A stretch of 57,997 nt of DNA, taken from NCBI GenBank assembly GCA_032718475.1, contig JAUCBJ010007595.1, forward strand, positions 1 to 57,997. The letters are read 5' to 3'. The DNA comes from Nemertoderma westbladi (Eukaryota > Animalia > Xenacoelomorpha). Positions within the stretch are counted from its first letter, which is position 1, and each line of letters begins with the position of its first letter. The notes under the pieces were generated by a model. That model worked only from the letters and a program-made list of their open reading frames with translations. It did no database searches and was not told where the DNA came from. A program made the position numbers and the translations under genes. Positions 33,101 to 48,100 of this stretch are shown here, in pieces.

Positions 33101-36100
33101 TAAACATTTTGCAATTTGCTTCTCGCAAATTGACACCCTGTGCTTTTCATGAAAATCGATATATATGGTTTGTGAAATTTTTAGGTTTTTGGGTTTTATA
33201 ATTTTCCATGATAGATTTTCCAGATAAATCCCCAATTTTGTAAAATTTTACCTTATCTTTAAGAAATTATATTGGGTGGACCGTTGTCTGTTGACTGTTC
33301 TAAGCTAATGAGAGTTGTCAATATCCCTGGAATGCAATTGGCCAAGAACTGTTCATGTAATTAATTGACCTGACCCTTCATGATGGCATGGTACATATAA
33401 AACACACTTCGGTTCAGCAGAGATTTGACATTATCATTCGAAATATCAGGAAACCGAGAATGATAATGGCAAAATATTGCAGGTTACAATGTATGGCAAT
33501 TAAATAACCTTTCGACTACTTGTGTGTTATACTAACATTTTTGTTATGTATATTTTTAAATGTTTAATAGTAATACTTATTATTTTATTCATTATAGTTA
33601 CTACGACTACCATGGATAATTCTGTATCGGATACCACTACCCATACCCAATCGGGTTAGTATTCCATCTCGTATTGTTTTATGTTAGACAAAACTGCTTC
33701 TATCTGGTCAGCTCCACTTATATTTGAGATAAATATCTTTCTAACCTTAGCTGTAATCAGTAATAATCAGCTTGAGGGATGTTGTACCATAACCCTGACA
33801 TCAACATCTAATGTGTTACTATGCAAACTGTTCTAGTTTCTAGTCGGCATCTTTCTGGTAGAGGGATTACTGTTTGCACCACCTGAGTGTAGATCGATGC
33901 CCGGTCTTCTTCAACCGTTGCGTTGCCTGAAATCTGCAAAAATGACTTAAGGGGGGGTACACCATTTTCGGACAACTCTTCGATTTATCACTCTTAGCGT
34001 TTCTAAATTGTTTGGTTTTGGCTATAATTTGGAATATAAGTGCCTAAGATGCTATTCTACATGACAGATTAGAAAATTTTTATTTTTCGCTATTTAATAT
34101 TAGTTGATACTAGTTAACAACAAAAAAAGCTTGGTTGCGCTTAAAACCCTAAGGCTTTTACAGTTTTAAATCTAATCACATGAAAGTTTTTTTATATGAT
34201 AGATCAAAGATGGGGCAACATAACTATCAGGCGAAATTTTGTGAAAATAATTCTGCACCGCTAGGTGGCGCTGCAAATTTATGCCTAACTTTTAGGTTTG
34301 TTATAAATAGTATTAAATTTTATTAACAAATCTGATCTGATCTGATACTTTTATGCAGGGTGGCTATGTAGACACCCACAGAAAGTTTCAGACTAATTGC
34401 TCGAAAATTGTAGAAGTAGTAGGGTTTTGAAGTTGACAATTTCATAAAATAAATATTTGGAGATAATCGACCTTTCATTATACATAGTAATAGTAATTTC
34501 AATTGGAATCCCTAAATGGAAATTGTTATAACTTAAAAACTAAAAGAGCTATTAAATAGCGGTTTTCAGATTTGGAAACACCATTTAATGGTGCATTATA
34601 ATAGATCATAAAAAAAATTTCGACATATTTTTGACCAAAATGGTGTACCCCCCTTAAAACTGGACACCAGTTGATTTTTACACAATATAGCTCAGGATTA
34701 AATTACCTTTAGACAAACTAATGACAAGTTATGCTAAGATTTTTGTTATATTTTTAAATTTTAAGTAGAAACTTTTATTCATTATAGATACTACCATGGA
34801 TAATTCTGTACCGACTACAAATACCCATGCGGGTTAGTTTTATTCCAACTCGTATTGTTTTATGTTATATAACAAAATGAATGTACAACCAAAATGACGA
34901 TTAGTGGGTTTCTTGTTAAAATAAATCGCCACTCTAGAGTTTGTACTTTTCGGGCAATGTGGTGATGTATGAACTTTTCTATAAGGGTTTACTTCAACGC
35001 TGAATCGAATAGAGCCACTTTCAGAGCCACAAAACGTTGTGGTATGCGAGTTTTCATCAATAATTTAACAAAAATTTTCAATTTTGGTTTTCGGTATGTC
35101 AATAGAGGCACCCTATTTATTGTTTAATGTTTTGAGTGTTTCCTATTCGATTCAACATCTCAGTAAACCCTTATAAAAATTACCAAATAAGCAAATATTA
35201 AGTCTACCAAATATATATATATATATATATATCTGCCATATATATATCTATTCCATGTATTCCATCTCGTATTGTTTATGTTATGCAACAAATGTTGAAC
35301 CAAAATGCAGATTATTGTGATTCTTGTTAAAAAAAATCACCAATCTAGAGTTTGTACTTTTCGCGCAAGGTGGTGATGTGTGAACATTTTTATGGAACTT
35401 TGACAATTGTCCCCCGGACAATTGCCCCCCGAACCATACCCCACGGACCATTGCCCCCAGACCATTGCCGCCGGACCATTGCCCCCGGACAATTGCCTCC
35501 CAAGGACAATTGGCCCCCGGACCATTGCCCCACCGGACAATTGCCTCCCGATGACAACTGCCCCCGGACAATTGCCTCCTGGACAATTGCCCCCCTGATA
35601 ATTGCCCCCGGACATTTTACCCCCAGACAATTGCCCTCCGGACAATTTCACCCGACAATTGCCCCTCCGGACAATGGCCCCTGGATATTTGCTCCCCGGT
35701 CAATTATCCCCGATATTTTATTTAATGAATATATTTTTAATTATTAATTTTTTTTTAAATAATTATAAATATTTATTAATTTAATTATTTTAACTATTAA
35801 TTTTTAATTCATTGAATGTTTCCCTATGGTTTTATGGAATTCAAGAAATAATATTAACCTTGATAAACACTTCTACAAACACTTCAAACACTTCAAACAG
35901 CCCAGTAGGGCAGGCCCGATAAGAATAGCCTATTCATTATTTAGTTGATCAAGAGTGGGTTGGTTCAGCCCCGTCAACTAAATAGGTCATTGAGGGCTAT
36001 AGCGCCTAGGGCACCATTGAAGGCAAAGGCTTGATACGCATCTGCATTAGAGATGATACACGCACCGCCCTGTCTATACTGGATGCTCCTCTACCAGTGT

Positions 36101-39100
36101 TAGGTAACCTAACCCAGGAGGCACACTTGGTTCAGGGTGTAACAAAAGGACCCCTACAGTCGGCAGCAGGGCTGTAGGCCATGGATAGGCGGAAGGTAAT
36201 CAACCAATGGCTAGACATGCTGACAAGGTCGGCGGAAGGTAATCAACCAACGGCGATCTACTGCGAAGACGCTTGTAGGAGTTGCGACCACAAGCGGTTT
36301 ACACCCGCAACTGAAAGATATGAGTATGAGAACCCTCCAGGAGAAATACCGGCTCGGTCGACGCCCGGGTCAATAAGGACCGCGTCCCCCAGTGGTACAG
36401 CAGGCTGGGGTCGATAAATTGGCTACTGGAACAGAAGACCGAGAAGAAAGCCTGTTGAAATGTAAAAAGACAATAAAGATTGCTACAATGAACGCACGCA
36501 CGCTGAAAGCACATACCAAACAGGGTGACATGGTCCCTCTGGAAATGGAATATAACATCGACATCATCTGCATCCAAGAACATCGGATTTGTCATGAAGA
36601 CACTGCCATGAAGTACAATGACATTGGAAATGGATGGACGTTAGTAACAAGCTCAGCAGTAAGAAACTCGGCCAATGCATCAATTGGTGGAGTAGGAATT
36701 CTGCTAAGCCCATTTGCACTTAAGACCCTAAACAACATCGAATCTATAAATTCCAGGGTTATGATCGCAACATTTGATGGGAATCCCAAGGCAACAGTTA
36801 TATGTTGCTACAGTCCAACCAATGCCTCAGAGCCAGAACAAGCAGTCAAGTTTTATGAAGAACTGACTGGACTTATAAAGGACATTCCGAAACACAATGT
36901 TAAAGTCATTGCTGGTGACCTGAATGCCCAAATTGGCCCAGAAGACATCAAGGGTTACACCTATAACACCAGTTCTAACAGAAATGGGTACTTACTTTTA
37001 GACCTAATGGAAGAATGTGAATTGATACCAACAAACAACACATTCGAAAAGAGTAAGGGGAAGCTATGGACCTGTCAATACCCTAATGGAACCAAAGCAC
37101 AACTGGATTACATCCTCATAAACAAAAAGTGGAGAAACAGCATGATCAACTGCGAGGCATACAGCTCGTTCAACCTAATTGGTTCGGACCACAGAATTGT
37201 GACTGCAGAGATCAGACTCAGTTTGAGAGCTAGCAAACCCAGGACAAGCAAGCAAATCAAATATGACTGGGAAAAACTCAGAACTGACAATGCTGTAAAG
37301 GATGCTTATACAGTAGAAGTTCAAAACCGCTTTGAAGCACTTCAGTCAATGGATGAAGACCAATCCACCAATTCAATATACCAGAATATAATAACAGCCC
37401 ACAAGGAATCAGCTAAGAGGCATATCCCCCAGAAACCCAAACGAAAACAATATGTGCCATGGCAAAACTCTGAGGTTACTTGTAAGAGAGAAGATCTTAA
37501 AATAGCCTACAAAGTTAAAACCGAACAACCAACAACCGAAAACATTAACAAGGTTGAGAAAGCTAAGGACGATCTTAAATTGGCCTACAACATCAGCCAG
37601 GAAGAGTACATACAAGATAAAACTGAAGCAATTACAACTGCTCACATACAGCAACAATCAAGACTTACCTGGCAAACTGTAAATGAGGTATCTGGTCAGA
37701 AAAGTTCTGGAAAGGGGCGCCTCAAAGCCGATAGTCCTGAAGAACGTGTTGGGAAGTGGAAAAATCACTTCATCAACTTGCTTGGGCAGCCACCAAACAT
37801 CGAGGTCAGCCCTACAAGGAAAATATATGACAAGACACTACCTATAGAAACAGGGGACTTCACAACTGCCGAACTCTAAAGAAGCATTAAAAGCATGTCC
37901 AATAATAAAGCAAGTGGATTAGATGAAATCCCAGCGGGGGTATGGAAAACCGGAGTGCTAAACAGACCATTATTGAATGTTTGCAACCGGATGTTAAAAG
38001 GGGAAAAGCCACCATCAATTTGGACTAAAGGTCAACTAAAGCCTCTCCCCAAGAAAGGAGACCTCGGCATACCAACAAACTATCGTGGGATCTGTCTGCT
38101 TGTGGTAGCTGCCAAAATATACAATAAAATGATTCTATATAGGATTAGGCCTCACATAGAGAAACTACTGTGTAAGAGCCAAAACGGATTTCGATCAAGT
38201 AGATCAACTATAGCTCAGATACTTGCACTACGGAGACTGATTGAAGGAATTAAGTCAAAGAATCTCCCCGCTGTCATGACTTTTGTGGACTTCAAGAAAG
38301 CATTCGACTCCATCCATAGAGGTAAAATGCTTGAAATCCTAAGAGCTTATGGAATACCAGAAGTAATTGTTGCTGGCATTGGATTGTTATATTGTGACAC
38401 AGAAGCGCAGGTACTCTCACCAGATGGTGAAACTGCGTTTTTCTCAATCCTGGCTGGCGTACTGCAAGGTGACACATTAGCACCATTACTATTTGTAATT
38501 GTGCTGGATTACGCAATGAGGACGGCCACAAAGGGTGAAGACCTGGGATTCACACTTCAAGAACGCAGAAGTAGTAGATATCCGGCAACTACAGTCACAG
38601 ACACCGACTTTGCGGATGACATCGCCCTGCTCTCTAATACCCTAGCAGATGCACAGCTTCTACTAAATAAAGTGGAGAGGGCTGCTAAGGAAGTTGGATT
38701 GCATATAAATGCTACAAAGACCGAATTCATGACCTTTAATGTTGATGGAAACTTGACAACCATTGATAATAATCAACTAAGGAAGGTCGATGACTTCCAG
38801 TACCTTGGATCATGGATAGAGAGTAGCAAAAAGGACATAGAAGTTAGGAAAGCAAAGGCTTGGGTAGCTCTATCAAAAATGGATACCATCTGGAAATCAG
38901 ATCTCTCCAGGCACCTGAAGACTAAGTTCTTTCGAGCCACAGTGGAAAGTGTATTTTTATATGGGGGTGAGTCCTGGACACTGACTAAATCACTTGAACA
39001 ACGAATTGATGGTTGCTACACAAGACTACTGGAGACAACACATGACAAACGCCGAGCTTTATGGTACAATACCACCTGTATCAACCACCCTCCGTGAACG

Positions 39101-42100
39101 CAGATTAAGATTCAGTGGGCACTGCTGGCGAAGTAAAGACGAGGTCATACCAGATCTACTTTTCTGTCAACCAACTCATGGAAAGCGTAGTCGTGGACGA
39201 CCGGCCATAACATATATAGATCAACTTGAAAGGGATACTGAACTTAGGAGAAACGAAATTGCGACAACTATGGAGAATCGGGAAGCCTGGAAGGATCTCA
39301 TTTCCACTGTCCGAGTTCGCTCTACCTAGTAGTAGTAGTAAACACTTCTAAACTTTAATTTTTTTGATTTTCTCGAAAAATCCAAGATTTTTTCTCTAAC
39401 AATTTAATTTAATCACCATTTCTAAACTTTTAATTTTATGTGTTTTTCAAAGTATGCACGATTTAAATTTGATTGTCTTTATGCTAGCTATAGTTTTTTA
39501 TGACATAATTTTTTTTTTATTGTAATTAATTACTTCAATTGGAAAATATCGAAATTATTGAGCACATAAATAAGCAAACATTGATGTTTTATTAAATATA
39601 AATCGGACTTAGCTATATAAAATTATTGTTTAATGTTGTAAGGAAGACTAAATTGCTGTGATGAACGACCTTATTTATTTTGCAATTTTCCTTGGGGCCA
39701 ATTTTTTGTTTGGCGGCTAAATATAATTGCGGGGAAATTGTCCGAGGGGAAATATTCCTGGGAGCAATTGTCCTGCGGCAGGCAATTGTCCGGGGGCAAT
39801 TGTCCGGGTTGCCGATCTTCATCACGTCGTCCAGTGCACTGCAACATTTCGGAAACGTCAATCCTCCATGCAAATGCTGGGACGGATCCAAAGCCCACTG
39901 GATAAACTTGAGAATAACTCTAACCCCCAGCCCCCCGAGCACACGCATCCCTTGTTGGGTGCTATACTAACATTTTTGTTATATATATATTTTTTTAATA
40001 TTAATACATATTATTTTATTCACTATAGATACTACCACGGATAATTCTGTATCAGTTACCACTACCCAAGTGGGTTAGTATATCATCTGTTATTGTTTTA
40101 TGTTATACAATAAGAAACAAAATGTCGATTAGTGGGCAAATCTCCACTCTATAGAGTTTGCACTATTCGCGCAATGTGGTGATGTATGGACATAACCTAC
40201 TATAGATACGACCCGCCAAGCTGCTTTAGTGGGCCAGTTATTTCTCTTAGATAAAACCCCTGAAACAATACGTCTAGTGCGTCGAAAGTACTTGTCCCTA
40301 ACTAAAATTATGTCCTCTTTCAGATGCGACAAATAAAAATTTAATAGCTCCAGTAGTTTTCGAGATATGAGGAGTGTTAGCGAATCAATTCCGCTAACCA
40401 CCCCACAAAGTTGGGCCAGCGAGACCCTTAAGCAATATTGGGAAGCACGAGGTTGATTGCCAATAAACCTCGTATCACCCCAATAAACGGGGACGACAAA
40501 CCCCAAAGGAACACACACAATGGGGGTCAGAGGTTATACCTCCGAGAGAGAGAGAATGACAGTAGCAAGGGGAGAACACTCCCAGAGAGATGGGAGGGCG
40601 AGAATTAGGTTATTGGCCAATGGGGGGCAAGCATCGACTGAGTAACAAGGCCACAAGTGCAGTAACCAATATATATATTATGTTGCATGCCCCACTACCG
40701 GTCAGTTTACTCAGTCACCAGTTTACTGTGGACCGGCGACATAGTTCGACCGTCATTGCGGTGCTGTTGTATGTTATTTTACCGGTACCTGTATCATATC
40801 TTACTATCATATATCAGCTATCAATAGTCTATATTATATTATACTTCAGTTGAACATCAAACTCATAGCTTTATCCGTTTATACATTCTATCGCGCCCAT
40901 CCATCAGCCTGCTGTGACGCGTACTTGCTAGACCCGGTCGGGATCCCTCGATCCCGTCACAAGGAGTACATGGCACCCATACCATATCAGCACTTTTCGG
41001 AATTGATAAAATTACTCAAAATACATCACCCTTCAAGACGTTGGTAATGCCATTAACCCTTTCGGTACGGATTCTACATGAATGTTTAGCCCCCAGGACC
41101 TGAATAAATTTGAGCAAAACCAAATTTTTTAATTTGTTAAATAATAATGTCGTAATAAGTATAACTACATACTTTACATTTTCATCCCTATGGGTTTTCC
41201 TGGTCGCTGATTTCATTTCTGATGTCAGTTTTTACGACTGACCAACTCTAAGATGTCTGTGTCTGTATGTATGTCTGTTTGTCTGTCAGTCTGTCAAAAA
41301 ATAAGGAAGCATACTATGTAATAAAAAAATTCGCCAGGGGGGTTTTCCAGGTCTCTGATTTCATTTCTGATGTCAGTTTTTAGGACTGACAAACTCTAGG
41401 CTATCTTTGTCTGTATGTATGTCTGTTTGTCTGTCTGTCGAAAAATAATGAAGCATATTTTGTAATAAAAGCATTCGCCATGGGGGTTTTCCAGGTCGCT
41501 GATTTCATTTCTGATGGCAGTATCTACAACTGACCAACACTAGGATGTATGTGTCTGTGTCTGTATATGAAAACTGACAACAGAAATGAAATCAACGCCG
41601 CACAGGAAAACCTATTGTGAAAGTGCTTTATATATCACATGGTTTATTCCAATCTTGAACAGACAAACCGACAGACAAACGACAGTGAAACGACAAACCG
41701 AGAGACAAATAGACGTACATACAGTCACGCAGTCACGTGAGTCGAGCAGGCGTGAAAACTGGCATCAGAAATGAAATCAACGAAAAGGAAAACCTCTGTT
41801 GATAGTAGTGCTATCAACATCAGAGGACATACGTCAGAAATTACCTTTCGACTAGTTGCGTGTTATACTAACATTTTTGTTATGTATATTTTTAAATGTT
41901 TAATAGTAATACTTATTATTTTATTCATTATAGTTACTACGTCTACCATGGATAATTCTGTATCGGATACCACTACCCATACCCAATCGGGTTAGTTTTC
42001 CATCTTGTATTATTTTATGTTATACAAAACTGCTCCTATCTGGTCAGCTCCACTTATACTTGAGATAAATATCTTTCTGACCTTAGCTGTATAATCAGTA

Positions 42101-45100
42101 ATAATCAGCTTGAGGGATGTTTGCTGACATCAGAATGATGTATTGTGTTACAATGCAAACTGTCAGATTCTAGTCGGCATCTGGTAGAGGGATAACAGTT
42201 TGCACCAACTGTGAGTGTAGATCGATGGCCGGTCTTGCATTGCTTGAAATCTGCAAAATTGACTTAAAACTGGACACTAGTTGATTTTTACACAATATAG
42301 CTCAGGATTAAATTACCTTTAGACAAACTAATGACAAGTTATGCTAAGATTTTTGTTATATTTTTAAATTTTAAGTAGAAACTTTTATTCATTATAGATA
42401 CTACCATGGATAATTCTGTACCGACTACCAATACCCATGCGGGTTAGTTTTATTCCAACTCGTATTGTTTTATGTTATATAACAAAATAAATGTTCAACC
42501 AAAATGACGATTAGTGGGTTTTTTTGTTAAAATAAATCGCCACTCTAGAGTTTGTACTTTTCGGGCAATGTGGTGATGTATGAACTTTTCTATAAGGGTT
42601 TACTGCAACGCTGAATCGAATAGAGCCACTTTCAGAGACACAAAACGTTGTGGTATGCGAGTTTTCATCAATAATTTAACAAAAATTTTCAATTTTGGTT
42701 TTCGGTATGTCAATAGAGGCACCCTATTTATTGTTTAATGTTTTGAGTGTTTCCTATTCGATTCAACATCTCAGTAAACCCTTATAAAAATGACCAAATA
42801 TGAAAATATTAAATTTTAACTTGATTTTTACAATTTACAAATTTAGTGTGCCACGCCCACTTTTCTAGCACCAAAAATGCCACATCATCGGTCAATCACC
42901 TTTTGGTCAATGAACCTTTTTTTAAAATGGCTGTCAATTAGTTTTAAATGATAATATTGCTATTTTGTCATGGTCAACCACTGTATGGAAGACCAAATAG
43001 CCTTTATAGTAAAATTGGAAAATTTATAGCCTCCCCCTAGCGGCTGGCGGCGGAATTAAAGATTTCACTAAAATTGCTACTAGTCCCTCAATTTTGGTCC
43101 AAATTTCTTGAAACCAACTTTTTAGGACTCAGCGTGATCGACTCTACAAAAGTTATCTTATAGAATTTTTAATTAGCCACTTTTATTTTAATTAATTAAT
43201 TTAATTAATTAATTATCATATTTTTAATTAAAATTGGCTAATTAGAAAAAATGGTAATATTTATCAAAATTCCATAAGATAACATTTAAAGAGCTTCCAA
43301 AGCTCGTTCGAATGAGCCATAAATGAAGAAAATTGGTTAAAAAATGACGGAGGAGTAGTAATTTGAAAATGAAAAATGTCATTCCGAGAAAATGCCCTTC
43401 AAAGTTTAAACTGTCCCGCCAAAATTGGCTGTCTGTGTTTTGGTTGGGTAATTATTTCTGGCACTAAGGATGCACACCAACGAGCTAAAATGTTCATTAC
43501 GGGGGTTTTCGCGGTCGCTGATTTCATTTCCGATGTCAGTTTTAATTTTTGGTGGAATCTAGTCTATCTGTCTGTCTGTCGGTCTTCTGTCTTTTTTACA
43601 ATTTGACGGACAGACCGTCATCCGGAAAAACAGTGATAACTCGAGAACTGAAAGAGGTCTCACTAAGCGGTTTTCAGATTTGTATTCCTTATTAAATTCT
43701 GCTCTAGATGAAATAAAGAAACAACAATTTGAAAATTTTACCTGAGGGGGGTATACCCCCCCCCCCCCCCCCCCCCCCCTTAAGCCTGCCAGAAAACTTC
43801 CTCAAACAATGTTAAAATAAAATATTATACATTTTACTGCGAAATATAAAATGAACATATTTATGTGCCGCAATAATATGGTGCCCCAAAAATATCACAG
43901 CAGAACATTTTCATGTTTTGGTACCGGTAGTACTCCCTGATTCTCTTAAAACCCGCATAAAACCATTAAACGAAATTGCTAAAATTAAACATTTTGCAAT
44001 TTGCTTCTCGCAAATTGACACCCTGTGCTTTTCATGAAAATCGATATATATGGTTTGTGAAATTTTTAGGTTTTTGGGTTTTATAATTTTCCATGATAGA
44101 TTTTCCAGATAAATCCCCAATTTTGTAAAATTTTACCTTATCTTTAAGAAATTAGATTGGGTGGACCGTTGTCTGTTGACTGTTGTCTGTCTGTTGACTG
44201 TTCTAAGCTAATGAGAGTTGTCAATATCCCTGGAATGCAATTGGCCAAGAACTGTTCATGTAATTAATTGACCTGACCCTTCATGATGGCATGGGACATA
44301 TAAAACACACTTCGGTTCAGCAGAGATTTGACATTATCATTCGAAAAATCAGGAAACCGAGAATGATAATGGCAAAATATTGCAGGTTACAATGTATGGC
44401 AATTAAATAATCTTTCGACTACTTGTGTGTTATACTAACATTTTTGTTATTGTATTATTTTTAAATGCTTCATAGTAATACTTATTATTTTATTAATTCT
44501 AGTTACTACGTCTACCATGGATAATTCTGTATCGGATTCCACTACCCATACCCAATCGGGTTAGTATTCCATCTCGTATTGTTTTATGTTAGACAAAACT
44601 GCTTCTATCTGGTCAGCTCCACTTATACTTGAGATAAATATCTTTCTAACCTTAGCTGTATAATCAGTAATAATCAGATTGAGGGATGTTGTACCAAAAT
44701 CCTGACATCAACATCTAATGTGTTACTATGCAAACTGTTTTAGTTTCTAGTCGGCATCTTTCTGGTAGAGGGATTACGGTTTGCACCACCTGAGTGTAGA
44801 TCGATGCCCGGTCTTCTTCAACCGTTGCGTTGCCTGAAATCTGCTAAATTGACTTAAAACTGGACACTAGTTGATTTTTACACAATATAGCTCAGGATTA
44901 ATTTACCTTTAGACAAACCAATGACAAGTTATGCTAAGATTTTTGTTATATTTTTAAATTTTAAGTAGAAACTTTTATTCATTATAGATACTACCATGGA
45001 TAATTCTGTACCGACTACCAATACTCATGCGGGTTAGTTTTATTCCAACTCGTATTGTTTTATGTTATATAACAAAATGAATGTACAACCAAAATGACGA

Positions 45101-48100
45101 TTAGTGGGTTTCTTGTTAAAATAAATCGCCACTCTAGAGTTTGTACTTTTCGGGCAATGTGGTGATGTATGAACTTTTCTATAAGGGTTTACTGCAACGC
45201 TGAATCGAATAGAGCCACTTTCAGAGACACAAAACGTTGTGGTATGCGAGTTTTCATCAATAATTAAACAAAAATTTTCAATTTTGGGTTCCGGTATGTC
45301 AATAGAGGCACCCTATTTATAGTTTCATGTTTTGAGTGTTTAATATTCGATTCAACATCTCAGTAAACCCTTATAAAAATTACCAAATAAGCAAATATTA
45401 AGTCTACCAAATATATATATATATATATATCTGCCATATATATATCTATTCCATGTATTCCATCTCGTATTGTTTTATGTTATGCAACAAATGTTGAACC
45501 AAAATGCAGATTATTGTGATTCTTGTTAAAAAAAATCACCAATCTAGAGTTTGTACTTTTCGCGCAAGGTGGTGATGTGTGAACATTTTTATGGAACTAG
45601 GACAATTGTCCCCCGGACAATTGCCCCCCGAACCATACCCCACGGACCATTGCCCCCGGACCATTGCCGCCGGACCATTGCCCCCGGACAATTGCCTCCC
45701 AAGGACAATTGGCCCCCGGACCATTGCCCCACCGGACAATTGCCTCCCGATGACAATTGCCCCCGGACAATTGCCTCCTGGACAATTGCCCCCCTGATAA
45801 TTGCCCCCGGACATTTTACCCCCAGACAATTGCCCTCCGGACAATTTCACCCCTGACAATTGCCCCTCCGGACAATGGCCCCCGGATATTTGCTCCCCGG
45901 TCAATTATCCCCGATATTTTATTTAATGAATATATTTTTAATTATTAATTTTTTTTAAAATAATTATAAATATTTATTAATTTAATTATTTTAACTATTA
46001 ATTTTTAATTCTTTGAATGTTTCCCTATGGTTTTATGGAATTCAAGAAATAATATTAACCTTGATAAACACTTCTAAACTTTAATTTTTTTGATTTTCTC
46101 GAAAAATCAAAAGATTTTTTCTCTAACAATTTAATTTAATCACCATTTCTAAACTTTTAATTTTATGTGTTTTTCAAAGTATGCACGATTTAAATTTGAT
46201 TGTCTTTATGCTAGCTATAGTTTTTTATGACATAATTTATTTTTATTGTAATTAATTACTTCAATTGGAAAATATCGAAATTATTGAGCACATAAATAAG
46301 CAAACATTGATGTTTTATTAAATATAAATCGGACTTAGCTATATAAAATTATTGTTTAATGTTGTAAGGAAGATTAAGGGGGGGGGGGGGGGTATAGTAA
46401 TTTTACAACGATTTGGTGGGTTTATGTATTTAGCGTATAACTTTTGAATATATGAATGGTTTTTCTTGAATATAGTCCCATTTCAAAGATAAAAGATGGG
46501 TCATTAACTTAACAAAAAAAAATCCACAATAATTAACGTAATTAGCTTAATTATGCATAAATTAACATAATTAATGAGGACAAATTACGAAACAGTAGAA
46601 ACACGATTTCTCATTTAGTTCTCAATGGATTTTTAAAATTATTTTTTTGTTTTAATGAGAATTGTACCCGCATCAAAGTGAACGAGCAAAATTTTTCTAG
46701 ACCTCAAAGTTTTGGAATTATATCAAATTTTGTGACGCTTCGATGAAAAATTCCGAAATTTTGGGAAAAAGACACCATAACTTTTTTTCTAATTTTTTTT
46801 TCAAAATTCTGTTCGTTCATTTTATTGCACAGTTTCTGAGCATTCCAAACCAAAAAACAGATTGAAAATCGGTTCACAAATGGCGGAGAAAACGTGTTTC
46901 CCATTTTTTCATATGTTCAAAAAATAGTTTTGAGTGAAATCGCTTTAAAGTTCGGTTATAATAATTCAAACCTTCCCGCCATTTTTAGTAATATGGATTT
47001 TTTTCCCTTTTCCTTTGTATAGTATTTTTCGAATCAGTCTTTGGTGCCAATTTTGTACCTAATAAAAGTAACAAACAAAAACAAATTGGCAAAAAAACAA
47101 AATTGATTTTAACAATATTTAGCAGTGATGAAAGAAAGCCTTCGCGCAGCACGAGAAATTAAGTGAAGCTTTATTTATAGAACAAATATTACTTTTTTAT
47201 TAGAATATTAGAGTATTACACATATGACTAACATGAAACTTGAATTAAGACTAATACAAAACAAAATAAGTAGTTCTGAAATCATTTACTAGAGGATAGA
47301 TGTTAACTTTTTATTACTATTAAGAAAAGTTAACTTTTCCCCACTCTGGAATAAAACGCTACTTTTCATATTTTAGTTTTCACAATTTTTAACAATATTC
47401 AAAGTTTTCACTAGACAACAATTTTTCTGTTAGGGTTTTTCTGGATGGTGATTTCATTTCCAATGACAGTTTTTTCGTTTGATGGCAGCCAAACTGTATG
47501 TTTGGTTATCCGACTGTCAGTAATATTTTGACAGACTGACTGACAGACCGACATCCACAAAGACAGACACGGCGTCGTCAAATGTAAAAACTGACTTCAG
47601 AAATGAAATCTCTGCCCAAGAAAACCCTTAGAACGGAAATTTTAGCTGGGTTGCGTGCTTGAATACATTTTGACAGACTGACCGACAGACAGACAAATGT
47701 ACAGACAGACATATAGCAGTCTAGATTCTGCAAAATATTAGAACTGACTCGGGAAATTAAGTTACCGAATTAAAACACGGTAACAAAAGTTATAGTTATA
47801 GTAGCTATAGTTATAGTAGTATATGGAGTGCTTTCTTAGACTACGTCAGGCAAACCGACAGGTGCTTTATAATAATTTTGATCAGACAGACCGACATACG
47901 GTTAGAAAATCCGCCACAACTCGAGAAGTTAAATAGATCTCGCCAAGCCGTTTTCAGATTTAAAATCCTCATAAAATTCTGCTCTTGATGAAATTATAAA
48001 AAAAAAATCAAATTTTTTGACCAAAATTACTATACCCCCCCCCCTTAAATTGCTGTGATGAACGACCTTATTTATTTTGCAATTTTCCTTGGGGCCAATT

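Larger units (their letters stand above)
35400..39808. mobile_element. Foldback/MITE-like element with inverted arrays of ~15-bp GGACAATTGCCCCC repeats (interrupted by the RTE)
   Basis: Forward array 35400-35712, AT-rich centre, reverse array 39730-39808. Same structure at 29849-30512 (truncated), 45600-48205 and 52378-54940. Confidence 0.6.

Noticed and set aside
35281-35784. ORFs with GGNCPGG/PRTIAP repeats (also 30317-30749, 39613-40044, 45536-45948, 47929-48441, 52328-52642, 54744-55127)
   Set aside because: They are open in several frames on both strands because of a 15-bp GC-rich repeat; not credible genes.
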